Part shown: piece after piece, positions 1-9,565 of the stretch
Layout of the letters: each line of letters begins with the position of its first letter
Position numbering within the stretch: position 1 is the first letter of the stretch
Assembly (NCBI GenBank): GCA_047947115.1
Contig: CP170459.1
Span: forward strand, 832,001 to 896,000
Origin: Verrucomicrobiota bacterium
GTDB taxonomy: Bacteria > Verrucomicrobiota > Verrucomicrobiia > Limisphaerales > AAA164-E04
DNA length: 64,000 bases
Reading direction: 5' to 3'
The notes under the pieces: generated by a model
Told to the model about the DNA's origin: nothing
Seen by the model: the letters and a program-made list of their open reading frames with translations, nothing else
Databases searched by the model: none
Position numbers and translations under genes: made by a program

Positions 1-295
1 AAACCTTGCAGGGTTATTCGGACATGCCAACGGCCGAGCAGCAGCTCAGCCCTACCAATTGCTGGTGCACTGCACCGGTAGGGACCTGCTGCCGCAGGTC
101 CGTGAGCGCGTTTGAAACATTCGAAACCTTGCAGGGTTATTCGGACATGACAACGGCCGAGCAGCAGCTCAGCCCTACCAATTGCTGGTGCACTGCACCG
201 GTAGGGACCTGCTGCCGCAGGTCCGCGAGCGCGTTTGAAACATTCGAAACCTTGCAGGGTTATTCGGACATGACAACGGCCGAGCAGCAGCTCAG
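1..295. repeat. Tandem array of 123-bp units (2.4 visible, cut by the window edge), each with two inverted GTAG-type REP hairpins (family A, BIME-like)
   Basis: AAACCTTGCAGGG recurs at 1, 124 and 247. Each unit has GGTAG-GGACCTGC-TGCC-GCAGGTCC on + and GGTAG-GGCTGAGC-TGCT-GCTCGGCC on -. Confidence 0.9.
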
Positions 296-421
296 TTATC
301 ACCTTGTGAGAAAGTTTACTCAGAAGATCTCAACCATGGACAATGTTATGACAGGGTCACAGTGATCAATCCATTCATGAAATAATCATTTTGGGGATAA
401 ACCAAATCCATACCTAAACAA

Positions 422-2032
422 ATGCTGTTCCACACCTGGACATTTCTGATTTTCTTCCCAATCGTCTTTTTGGGCTATCTCGCTCTCAAAAAGACACCGC
501 TGCGCATTCCCTGGCTGTTGGCGGCTTCGTATGTTTTTTACGGGTGGTGGAATCCATATTACCTCTTGCTAATCGTTTACTCCACGGCTTTGGACTATTA
601 TGTCGTGGCCTGGATGGAGGCCTGCGGGCCGCCGGGATCCAAACCAAGTCCGGATCACGGATGGGGCGACTTAATTAAGCTCAAACTTTCCCATGCTTCA
701 CTCAACATCGCAGCATGGGTGGGACGTCTGGGATTTTTCGGCAGTGTTCTCTTATGGTTCGTTGGCCCTCTGGGATCCAAGGCCGTTTGTGTTCTCAGCG
801 GTATTTTGTGCCTCACCATCATGTTCGCGGCGGCGCGACGCAGTCGCAAGGCATGGCTTTGGGCCAGTATGTTGAACAATCTTTCCCTGCTGTTTTATTT
901 CAAATACGCCGACTTTTTCATTGAGAACGCCAACCAGCTGTTCACACGGATGGGCATGTCCATGCAATGGCCGGAAGCCGCCACACTCATGCCCTTTGGT
1001 TGGGAATACCTGCTTCCTGTTGGCATCTCCTTTTACACCTTTCAATCGATGAGCTACACCATCGATTACTATCTGGGCAACCTGGCCCGTGAAAAAAACT
1101 TCCTGCGATTCGCCACCTATGTCGCGTTTTTCCCACAACTCGTGGCCGGCCCCATCGAACGCGCCTCGTCCCTCCTGCCGCAATTTGAAGCCGCACCCAA
1201 AATTCGGCTGAAAGACCTGAGCGATGGCGCTTCGCTGTTCCTGATTGGTTTGTTCAAAAAACTCGCATTGGCCAACTACCTGTCATTCTACGTCGAACGC
1301 GTCTACGGCATGCCGGACGAATACAGCGGCGCGGCACTGGCCCTGGCAACGATCGCTTTCGCCTGGCAGATCTATTTCGATTTCAGCGGCTACACCGACA
1401 TGGCTCGCGGCATCGCCCTGATGATGGGTTACAAACTCATGCTGAATTTCAACCGCCCCTACCTCGCCACCAGTCTCGGGGATTTCTGGTCGCGCTGGCA
1501 CATCAGCCTTTCGACGTGGTTTCGGGATTATGTTTACATCCCACTGGGCGGAAACCGCAATGGACCGGCCAAAGCGTATCTCTATCTGGGCATCACTTTT
1601 CTGCTGTCCGCCATCTGGCATGGCGCCGCATGGACCTTTATCGTTTGGGGAGTGCTGCACGCGCTCGGCACCATGATCACGCGTGAACTGGAGCGCAAGG
1701 AATGGTATCACGAGCGAGTTCCCATAGCCGTGAAGCGATTCTTGATTTTTGGATTCGTCACCTTCGCCTGGATCTTTTTCAGAGCGGAAACCATGCAGGA
1801 CGCCTGGCTGATCGTCACCCGCATCTTCTCCAGCGCCTGGTCGGATCCAGCCATGCCGGCGTTGATGCTCGGTTTGATCGCTCTGATTTGGGTCTACCAA
1901 TGGTTACAGGAATACAATCTGCGGCCATGGACGGAAACCGCCTGGTTCAAAGTGGCCGGATCGGTGTTCATGCTGATCTGGCTGTGCTTTTTCAGTTCAT
2001 CCGGTGGGGCATTCATTTATTTTCAATTCTAA
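422..2032 (+). CDS. MBOAT family O-acyltransferase (AlgI/DltB-like)
   Basis: LPVGISFYTFQ, FFPQLVAGPIER, QIYFDFSGYTDMA, FWSRWHISLS, WHGA catalytic His, C-terminal FIYFQF; many TM segments. Confidence 0.93.
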   Translation: MLFHTWTFLIFFPIVFLGYLALKKTPLRIPWLLAASYVFYGWWNPYYLLLIVYSTALDYYVVAWMEACGPPGSKPSPDHGWGDLIKLKLSHASLNIAAWVGRLGFFGSVLLWFVGPLGSKAVCVLSGILCLTIMFAAARRSRKAWLWASMLNNLSLLFYFKYADFFIENANQLFTRMGMSMQWPEAATLMPFGWEYLLPVGISFYTFQSMSYTIDYYLGNLAREKNFLRFATYVAFFPQLVAGPIERASSLLPQFEAAPKIRLKDLSDGASLFLIGLFKKLALANYLSFYVERVYGMPDEYSGAALALATIAFAWQIYFDFSGYTDMARGIALMMGYKLMLNFNRPYLATSLGDFWSRWHISLSTWFRDYVYIPLGGNRNGPAKAYLYLGITFLLSAIWHGAAWTFIVWGVLHALGTMITRELERKEWYHERVPIAVKRFLIFGFVTFAWIFFRAETMQDAWLIVTRIFSSAWSDPAMPALMLGLIALIWVYQWLQEYNLRPWTETAWFKVAGSVFMLIWLCFFSSSGGAFIYFQF

Positions 2033-2038
2033 CCGCAC

Positions 2039-3220
2039 ATGACCACTGAAACGAAACCAAGCACCACATTGTCAGACAGCCGGCGTCGCATGCGCGGACA
2101 CTTGCCGCACGCCTTTCTGCTGACGCCATGGCAATGGTGCACGGTAGTCATCCTGTTTTTGTGCGTGGTTTTCGGATTGCCGAAGGGTTGGAAAAGCTGG
2201 GAGACATTCGAACCGGAAGTTAATTACCGTGTGCCTTACGAAGCCAGTCAGGATTATTGGCAATACGAGCGTCACCTTGATGATCGCAATGAATCGGACA
2301 CCATCTATTTCGTGGGAGACTCGGTCGTCTGGGGCGAATACGTCAGTCCGGACGGAACCTGGTCGGCCTTTCTCAACGAACAATCAGGCGGCAAACCCCA
2401 GTTTGTCAATCAGGCATTGAATGGACTGTATCCCCTAGCCCTCGAAGGATTGATTACACATTACGCCGAAGGTTTGTCCGGGAGAAAGGTCATGCTCCAT
2501 TGTAATCTCCTGTGGATGAGCAGCCCCCAGGCAGACCTGTCTCAAGCCAAGGAACAGGTCTTCAATCATCCAACTTTGGTGCCACAGTTTCGCCCCAGGA
2601 TTCCCAGCTACCACGCTGATATTGACACGCGACTCGGCCGCGCCATCGGGCATCGCTGGTCATTCCTGGGCTGGGTGCGTCACCTTCAAATCCAATACTG
2701 GGATCAGAAAGATCCCTACGCCTGGACACTCGCAGATGATGGCAAATATCCCCCTTCCTATCCCAACACCTACCGCATGCCATGGTCGGAACTCGATTTC
2801 ACTTTGCTCAGCGAACCCGACCCCGATCCTGAACGCGGAGTAGACAGCAAGCGTCACAGCCCCTGGTCCACCGACGGCATCGGCACGCAGCGATTCGATT
2901 GGGTGGAGTTAAAGGATTCGTTGCAATGGGCCGCGTTCCAACGCCTCTGCAAACTCCTGCAACAACGCAACAATCAGTTCATCATCATTCTCGGCCCATT
3001 CAACAAACACATCATGGCCCCCGAAAACCGGACTCGTTTTGAGAGCATTGAATCCGGCGTCAAACAATGGTTCGTATCAACCAACATCCCATTCGTCGCA
3101 ACGGAGCTTTTGGACAGTGCACTCTACGGCGACGCCAGTCACCCATTGACAGAAGGCTATCGCAATTTGGCGGTTGAATTGTGGAATGATCCGAATTTCA
3201 CGGATTGGTTGAGTCAGTAA
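2039..3220 (+). CDS. Membrane-anchored SGNH-like protein (AlgJ/DltD-like partner of the MBOAT)
   Basis: N-terminal TM, VGDSVVWG block I, C-terminal GDASHP (DxxH); 6 bp after the MBOAT gene. Confidence 0.7.
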   Translation: MTTETKPSTTLSDSRRRMRGHLPHAFLLTPWQWCTVVILFLCVVFGLPKGWKSWETFEPEVNYRVPYEASQDYWQYERHLDDRNESDTIYFVGDSVVWGEYVSPDGTWSAFLNEQSGGKPQFVNQALNGLYPLALEGLITHYAEGLSGRKVMLHCNLLWMSSPQADLSQAKEQVFNHPTLVPQFRPRIPSYHADIDTRLGRAIGHRWSFLGWVRHLQIQYWDQKDPYAWTLADDGKYPPSYPNTYRMPWSELDFTLLSEPDPDPERGVDSKRHSPWSTDGIGTQRFDWVELKDSLQWAAFQRLCKLLQQRNNQFIIILGPFNKHIMAPENRTRFESIESGVKQWFVSTNIPFVATELLDSALYGDASHPLTEGYRNLAVELWNDPNFTDWLSQ

Positions 3221-3240
3221 ATCTCGTGAATCTTGGATAG

Positions 3241-3446
3241 GGGTAGCGCGTGGCATCCCTGGCGCGACCCTTGTGGCTTTCGAATGACAATCACTTTCCG
3301 TTTTGGGAAGCCAACCGTATTCAATCCCCCCACTCTGCGGCACGTGGCAAGGGGGATTTGCGGTTTCTATGACGTCTGGATTTCCTTTGAACAGCATTCG
3401 TGAACAAGTAGGCCACAAGGTGCGGACCGGGACGGTCCGATCTACC
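3241..3446. repeat. REPIN/MITE-like doublet, family B
   Basis: Both ends read GGTAG-hairpin-CCTTGTGGC in inverted orientation; interior aligns by eye with 10535-10760. Confidence 0.8.
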
Positions 3447-3558
3447 TGAAGACTACCCCGGGTAGCGTGTTGAGGATTTGGGAAAACTCGTAACGTTGTA
3501 CGGACGCGGCACCTGACGCGCGACAGCGCAGCCCTACCGGGGAATCAAAGCATTCCAA

Positions 3559-4758
3559 TCACTGAAACCGCTGCCCACCGATATAAACGTCCTTCACACG
3601 CAGTTCCCCGTCCAGCACCAGAAAGTCAGCCCGTTTACCCACTTCCAAACTCCCAATTTCATCATCCATGCCGACACGCTCGGCAGGTGTGAGGCTTCCC
3701 ATGCGAACTGCTTCGTGAATTTCAACTGAAGTGTTTTCGTACATGTTGCGCACCATGGTGTCCATGCCGACGACGGAACTTGCCAGCGATTTTCTAGTGA
3801 CAAAACCCACCTTCCCATCACTTTCGAACCATGCGCCGTCGGATTCCGGACCGAACCGGTATTTGCCGGGAGGCATGCCCATGGCACGGTTGGCATCAGT
3901 CACCAGACAGAGGCGATCCGGACCGATCATACGATAGGCAAACTCCAACAGCTCGGGAGCCAGGTGTTCGCCATCGGCAATGACTTCGGTGCTCATTTCA
4001 GGTTCCATCAACACAAACTGTTCCATGCTGCCCTGCATTGGAAATCCGTATTGTTCCCGAACGCCCGAAATAGAACTCATGGCACACCAGAAATGATCCA
4101 CGTGACGCATCCCTGCCTCAAAGGCCTTGGCCATTTCCGTCCAGGTCGAATTGGAATGGCCGCATGTCACCAGATAACCGCGTTCGCTGGCTTCCCGATA
4201 AAACTCTGCCGCTCCAGGTAACTCAGCGGCACAGGTCGCCACTTGAATGATACCCAGATCAAAGCATTTCACATACTCCTCCGGTTTCGGGTCACGCCTG
4301 CCGTCCACCGAATGACAACCCACTTTATCAGCGGCAAAATACGGGCCGTAATAATGCACGCCACCAATGCGTGCCCCGTCCGACAACTGATACCCTTCCT
4401 GCACAGCCAGGCAGGCATGGAGCATTTTGTCGATCTGCTCGGGAAGGCCCGTCGTGGTCGTTGGGAAGATGGTCGTGGTTCCGTGCCGGGCATGGATGCG
4501 GTTGGCGATTTTGACCGCTTCAGTCGTGCCATCCATGTAATCGGCGTTGTCTCCGCCATGCACATGGATGTCGACATATCCCGGAGCAATCCAGCCTTCT
4601 TTTATTTGAACAACGGCATCAGCGTCCGTCACCGGAGCCATTCCCCAGAAGCCCGCATATTCGATAACCCCATCTTGAGCGATCAAACAACCGTCCTCCA
4701 ACAAGGAGTCCGGCAAGACAAGATTTCCACGAACGACGATGCGGTCTGAAGAGGGCAT
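3559..4758 (-). CDS. nagA: N-acetylglucosamine-6-phosphate deacetylase family amidohydrolase (divergent)
   Basis: PGYVDIHVHGG, HGTTTIFPT, GHS, IADGEH, VTDA, GSLEVGKRAD; start placed at ATG 4758. Confidence 0.8.
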   Translation of the reverse strand: MPSSDRIVVRGNLVLPDSLLEDGCLIAQDGVIEYAGFWGMAPVTDADAVVQIKEGWIAPGYVDIHVHGGDNADYMDGTTEAVKIANRIHARHGTTTIFPTTTTGLPEQIDKMLHACLAVQEGYQLSDGARIGGVHYYGPYFAADKVGCHSVDGRRDPKPEEYVKCFDLGIIQVATCAAELPGAAEFYREASERGYLVTCGHSNSTWTEMAKAFEAGMRHVDHFWCAMSSISGVREQYGFPMQGSMEQFVLMEPEMSTEVIADGEHLAPELLEFAYRMIGPDRLCLVTDANRAMGMPPGKYRFGPESDGAWFESDGKVGFVTRKSLASSVVGMDTMVRNMYENTSVEIHEAVRMGSLTPAERVGMDDEIGSLEVGKRADFLVLDGELRVKDVYIGGQRFQ

Positions 4759-4779
4759 GAGATGGGGGAAGGGAAACAA

Positions 4780-5520
4780 TTACCGACGGTCCTGTAGTTT
4801 GGCCAGGAGTCTGAGGATTTCGATGTAAAGCCAAACCAAGGTCACCATCAGGCCCAATGCCCCAACCCATTCCATGTATTTTGGAGCGCCGGCAGCTGCC
4901 CCGTTCTCAATAAAATCAAAATCCAGCACCAAGTTTAAGGCCGCAATCACAACGACCACCAAACTGAAAATAATGCCAAACGTGCCAGAGCTATGAATGA
5001 TGGAGATTCCAGAACCAAAGAAGCTCATGATGAAACTGATGAAATAAACTAAACAAATGGCGCCCGTTGCGGCAAAGATGCCCAGTCGGAAATTCTGGGT
5101 CGCCTTGATAAATCCGGTTTGATACGCAAAAAGCAAACTGAACAAAGTTCCAAACGTAAGACAAATAGCATTAAAAACCAAACCATCTCCCGCTTTCATT
5201 TGGTAAAATGCGGATATGCCGCCCAGGAACAAACCTTCCAGCAGAGCGTATGCAGGCGCGGTAAGCCCACCCCAAGTTGGTTTGAACATTGTCGCCAAGG
5301 CCATGATGAATCCACCGATTCCTCCCCCGATCATCCACGGCATGGCGTTTCCTCCGGTAGCGGCCATTCTCCACGTCATTGAAGCGGAAATAACGGTGAG
5401 AAATAACATGATACCGGTTTTCATGACCGTGCCCTGAATGGTCATGGTATCGGAACCGGCGAACGAACCCATGCGTGAAAAGGTGCGTTGATTCAAAACT
5501 GGATTTGCTGTGCGCATCAT
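4780..5520 (-). CDS. Bax inhibitor-1/YccA family membrane protein
   Basis: MRTANPVL, YALLEGLFLG, LVLDFDFIE, APKYMEW, LVWLYIEILRLL; about 7 TM. Confidence 0.88.
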   Translation of the reverse strand: MMRTANPVLNQRTFSRMGSFAGSDTMTIQGTVMKTGIMLFLTVISASMTWRMAATGGNAMPWMIGGGIGGFIMALATMFKPTWGGLTAPAYALLEGLFLGGISAFYQMKAGDGLVFNAICLTFGTLFSLLFAYQTGFIKATQNFRLGIFAATGAICLVYFISFIMSFFGSGISIIHSSGTFGIIFSLVVVVIAALNLVLDFDFIENGAAAGAPKYMEWVGALGLMVTLVWLYIEILRLLAKLQDRR

Positions 5521-5634
5521 ATGCCCAGACTATTACTATGATATGGAATGATATGCAAGGATATGGCCATATAATCGAACTCCCTGCAAAATAACTATTT
5601 GTCCCCGATCGCGTCGATGAGCGCCGAAATAATT

Positions 5635-5815
5635 TGGATTGCGGTGGCTCGACACCGCTTTGGATACGGTCCGCATCCCCAAGTCGGATTCAACTATTGC
5701 AGGCCTGAACTTGTACCGTAGATGTTCCTCGTTGAGTGAATGGGAGTGAGTCGGTGTCAGTGCTCCATGACGTTTCCCTGGCGTATCCAAAGCGGTGTCG
5801 AGCCACCGCAGTCCA
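5635..5815. repeat. REPIN doublet, family D (TGGA(G/C/T)TGCGG type)
   Basis: 34-bp inverted arms at 5635-5668 and 5782-5815, 33/34 identical, each with internal hairpin GCGGTG-GCTCGA-CACCGC. Confidence 0.88.
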
Positions 5816-5877
5816 GAGAACGCTACCTCAATCCATATCCATCGGAATGAAAGGCACAACTCCGACCTGTTCTCCGG

Positions 5878-7155
5878 TCATTCATCCAAAGTCAATCCCA
5901 AAGCCTTCCGTCGCAACATTTCCAATCCCTGATTGGCGGTCACGAACTTGAAGGTTTCACGATCGTAGGGATTCAGTTTGCGCACGATGTGCGTGCCTGA
6001 TGAATCGGCCACTGCCATGAACACGGTCCCAACCGGTTTTTCCTCGCTACCACCCGACGGTCCGGCAATGCCAGTCACGGACAACGCCAGATCAGCGCCC
6101 GAACATTTGAGAGCGCCCTCCACCATCTCGCGTGCGCTTGCTTCACTGACAGCGCCCTGTTTTTCGAGTGTGTCCGAAGAAACCTGCAACACTCTTTGCT
6201 TGGCTTCGTTGGCATAAGAAACCACGCCGGTATGCAACACATCGGAGGCTCCGGGAACATTGGTGATACGATGCGCGATGTAGCCACCTGTGCAGGATTC
6301 GGCCAGCGCGATCTTCATTCCTTTTTCCCGACAAGCCGCCACCAATGCGGATTCCAAGGAAGCCTCACCCTCCCCATAGATCAAATCGCCAAGATCCTCA
6401 TAAGCCACCTCACCAGCTTGAGTCACGATGGCGTCAGCATCCGAACAGGACGCAATGAACCGGATATCCACCTCCCCACTCCTGGCACAATAGCCGATAT
6501 CAAGTCCGGCTTCGACCAATCCTTGCAACTTGGGAGACAAACGTTCTTCCACCCAGCTTTCACCAAGTCCACTGGTTCTCAGGATGCGATAGGCAAAGGG
6601 GGTTTCAAGAGGCAATGTTTCGTTTAACCACGGCATGAACTGATCCCGAAACATCGGGTGCAATTCACGCGGCGGGCCAGGGAACATCACGATCCAGGCA
6701 GGTTTTTCCCCTTCCCGAAATGGATTGGGGTGCAGGGGAATCAACAATCCGGGCGCGGTGCCGAATGCATTCATCAAACAGGTGGCCCCCTCAGGCACCA
6801 TGGCTTGAATGGTCACGCGCTCGGGCATGATCTTCCCCCGACGTTCGAAGTAAGAGCGAATGTGTTCGACCACTTTCTCGGATTTGTGAAGCGGACGCTG
6901 GATGAGTTCCGCAAGAAAATCACGTGTGCGATCATCCGAAGTCGGTCCCAGACCACCTGTAACAAGAATCAGATCCGCCCGTTTGAGAGCTTCACTCAAC
7001 GCTCCCTGAATCGCCGGTCCGGTATCCGACACGGTGCATTGGTAACTCAAGGAATAGCCCGCGGCGGAAAGCTGCCGGGCAATCCAAGCCTGATGGGTAT
7101 TGGAGGTCTGACCGAGCAACAACTCACTGCCCGTATTGATCAATTCGATATGCAT
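5878..7155 (-). CDS. cinA: CinA-like protein (MoCF-binding domain plus NMN deamidase PncC domain)
   Basis: GSELLLG, TGGLGPTSDD, GTAPG, FPGPPRE, AESCTGG, TGIAGPSGG. Confidence 0.95.
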   Translation of the reverse strand: MHIELINTGSELLLGQTSNTHQAWIARQLSAAGYSLSYQCTVSDTGPAIQGALSEALKRADLILVTGGLGPTSDDRTRDFLAELIQRPLHKSEKVVEHIRSYFERRGKIMPERVTIQAMVPEGATCLMNAFGTAPGLLIPLHPNPFREGEKPAWIVMFPGPPRELHPMFRDQFMPWLNETLPLETPFAYRILRTSGLGESWVEERLSPKLQGLVEAGLDIGYCARSGEVDIRFIASCSDADAIVTQAGEVAYEDLGDLIYGEGEASLESALVAACREKGMKIALAESCTGGYIAHRITNVPGASDVLHTGVVSYANEAKQRVLQVSSDTLEKQGAVSEASAREMVEGALKCSGADLALSVTGIAGPSGGSEEKPVGTVFMAVADSSGTHIVRKLNPYDRETFKFVTANQGLEMLRRKALGLTLDE

Positions 7156-7200
7156 GCGGACAACAACATTCCAAGAATCCTCAAAACATCAACCGAAAAG

Positions 7201-7451
7201 GTGGTAACCGCAAGGCAGATTGCCGAGGAGTCGGGATCTCGATGCACCCCTTGAGGCAACCCCAAGCAGAAATGTCCTCCAAAGGAAATCCCTGACTCAA
7301 AGGAAAAAAAACTGCTGACAGCATCTAAAACCATGAAAGGCCATTGAATACCTGCTGGCTTCCCGAAACGAAAATGGATTGCAATTCAAACACCACATGG
7401 AGCGCGCCAGGGATCCACGCAGTCGCGGGACAGGCAGGCACGCACTACCTG
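7201..7451. repeat. Degenerate family B/C REP doublet
   Basis: 7201-7250 matches 53345-53392; 7358-7450 is an inverted copy of 3241-3312 ending in CTACC. Confidence 0.65.
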
Positions 7452-7541
7452 CCGACAGATCTCCGTGAATCCTTTGCATCTCCAACTCCGCGCCTCTGCG
7501 CCTCTAGTTCCGCTCGCGGAACGGGCGTGAGAACAAAACAC

Positions 7542-8603
7542 TCACTCACTCTTGGGATACGACCCCAGCACCTTCACCGAGTTACATTCCTTCTCCAGCA
7601 ACTCGATGGCTTGCTTGACGTTTTCATCGTCCGTGTGCCCATCAAAATCAATGAAGAAGAAATACTCCCACGCCTTGCGTTTGCTTGGACGGGATTCGAT
7701 CTTGGTCATGTTCAACTTCATGGACTCAAACGGCGCAATGGCCCGATGCAAGGCCCCGACACTGTGGGAAATGCTCAGCATCAAACTGGTGCGATCATCC
7801 CCGGTCGGAGGACTGCATTGCCTGCCCAGCACCAAAAACCGAGTGGCATTGGCGGAGTTATCCTGAATGTCGGATTCCAAAATATTCAACCCGTAATATT
7901 CGGCAGCGAGGGCTCCGGCAATAGCGGCAGCGCCTGGCTCCTTGGCGGCCAGTTCGGCGGCACGGGTCGTGGAACTGGTTTCGATGATCTCCGCATTCGG
8001 CATCTGTGTCTGAAGCCAAATGCGACACTGCCCCATGGGCTGTGGATGTGTGTAGATTTTCTGGATGCTGGCACGGTCACTGGCACTCAACAGGCAGTGT
8101 TGAATCTTCATCACGATCTGCGCGACAATCTTCAGCTCACTATCCACAAACATATCCAGAGTGTGCGTCACCACACCCTCGGTTGAGTTTTCCACGGGCA
8201 CCACACCGTAATCGGCTCTGCCTTTGGACACTTCCACAAAAACATCCCCAATGGTCTTTAATGCGGTGCATTCCAAACTGGCGCCAAATTTTCGAATGGC
8301 AGCCTGATGGGTATAAGTGGCTTCGGGACCAAAGAAAGCAATCTTGACCGGTTTTTCCAGGGCGATCGCAGCGGACATGATCTCACGATACACTGCCTTG
8401 AGCGATTCGTTTGGCAACTGCCCGTTGTTGAGACGACAAATGCGATCGAACACGGCCTTTTCCCTATGCGGCGCATAAATGGACCCGCCCTCCTGCAGCT
8501 TGATCTTCCCAATGGAAAGCACGTGGCCTATCCGTTCGTTCAACAAAGCCACGATCCGTTCATCAATAGCATCAATCGCCGCGCGATGTTCTTCTAAACT
8601 CAT
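7542..8603 (-). CDS. pheA: Bifunctional chorismate mutase/prephenate dehydratase (P-protein)
   Basis: RAAIDAIDERIV, VPVENSTEG, NATRFLV, MTKIESRP, FFIDFDGH, VLGSYP. Confidence 0.96.
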   Translation of the reverse strand: MSLEEHRAAIDAIDERIVALLNERIGHVLSIGKIKLQEGGSIYAPHREKAVFDRICRLNNGQLPNESLKAVYREIMSAAIALEKPVKIAFFGPEATYTHQAAIRKFGASLECTALKTIGDVFVEVSKGRADYGVVPVENSTEGVVTHTLDMFVDSELKIVAQIVMKIQHCLLSASDRASIQKIYTHPQPMGQCRIWLQTQMPNAEIIETSSTTRAAELAAKEPGAAAIAGALAAEYYGLNILESDIQDNSANATRFLVLGRQCSPPTGDDRTSLMLSISHSVGALHRAIAPFESMKLNMTKIESRPSKRKAWEYFFFIDFDGHTDDENVKQAIELLEKECNSVKVLGSYPKSE

Positions 8604-8686
8604 ATTCCTGATGTTCCGTTATTCAATTCCAGCAAACCAAAACGGATCCCGCATCCGCCCCCCAAATCATAATCTTGATCATGATC

Positions 8687-9565
8687 TTAATCTTCGTCCT
8701 CGTCATCAACTAAATCCTCATCCTCATCCTCATCCTCATCCTCGTCATCTACATCGTCCTCGAATGCGCCTGATTCTTCATCATCCGCATCGTCGTCTTC
8801 ATCAAATTCGTCCTCACCCTCATCTTCATCGTCATCAAAAAGCTCTTCGTCATCATCCTCAACATCATCCCCGTCGTCCGCATTCTCTTCGTCGTCTTCA
8901 GTATCGGCATCGGCCAAATCACCATCATCTTCACCTTCGTCATCATCCTCATCTGATTCGTCCTCATCGAGACTGGGGGGCTTTTCAACCGGAATCCGTC
9001 GAAGTTCATCCGCAGCGGGCAAACCTTCCAAATCCTTTAGACCAAAATACTCAAGGAACAGTTCCGTGGTTCGGAAAGTCATCGGACGTCCCAACACTTC
9101 CGCACGGCCCGCCTGTTCGACCAAGCCGCGGTCGATCAACATTTTCAACACACCATCCACCGACACACCGCGAATCTGCTCGGCTTCGGCACGGGTGAGG
9201 GGTTGACGATAGGCGATGATCGCCAGAGTCTCCAGGGCCGCTTGAGTCAGGCGTGCCGGTTTCGGACGATGCCCGAACAAGGCCTTGACCCACGGCGCGT
9301 AATCCGGCGAATTGACGAATTGCCAAGAGCCCGCCACACAAACCAGACGAAAACTACGTCCCAAATCCTGATATTCCACCGACAAAGATTCCAATGCCTT
9401 TTCAATGGCCATCGGCTTGGCATCTTCCACTTCTTTCGGAATGGCCGTGTCGGAATGAGCCGGGGCTTCCTTGAGACACTGACGCAGCTCCGCAATCGAC
9501 AAAGGCTTTTGCGACGAAAACAAGATGGATTCCAGAACAAGCTTCAATTCCATGGATCGTATCAC
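8687..9565 (-). CDS. scpB: SMC-Scp complex subunit ScpB with long acidic C-terminal tail
   Basis: LESILF, LTQAALETLAIIAYRQPLTR, IRGV, GRP...TTELFLEYFGL; overlaps the scpA stop. Confidence 0.95.
   Translation of the reverse strand: MIRSMELKLVLESILFSSQKPLSIAELRQCLKEAPAHSDTAIPKEVEDAKPMAIEKALESLSVEYQDLGRSFRLVCVAGSWQFVNSPDYAPWVKALFGHRPKPARLTQAALETLAIIAYRQPLTRAEAEQIRGVSVDGVLKMLIDRGLVEQAGRAEVLGRPMTFRTTELFLEYFGLKDLEGLPAADELRRIPVEKPPSLDEDESDEDDDEGEDDGDLADADTEDDEENADDGDDVEDDDEELFDDDEDEGEDEFDEDDDADDEESGAFEDDVDDEDEDEDEDEDLVDDEDED

Noticed and set aside
1..295. CRISPR array (also considered for 17555-18005)
   Set aside because: The sequence between palindromes is repeated rather than unique, the 123-bp period holds two inverted hairpins, and no cas genes are present.
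6..365. ORFs of 41-aa repeats (also 17531-17836, 17536-17817, 17570-17839)
   Set aside because: A 123-bp unit is divisible by 3, so frames stay open. Several frames are open at once and conservation follows DNA hairpins, not codons.
7344..8186. Long antisense ORFs (also 15223-15936, 17929-18693, 27274-27825, 34237-35181, 58496-59293)
   Set aside because: They lie opposite well-supported genes, have no motifs, and are expected in GC-rich DNA.
8479..9198. His/Pro/Arg-rich 239-aa ORF
   Set aside because: Antisense shadow of the GAT/GAG-rich scpB tail.
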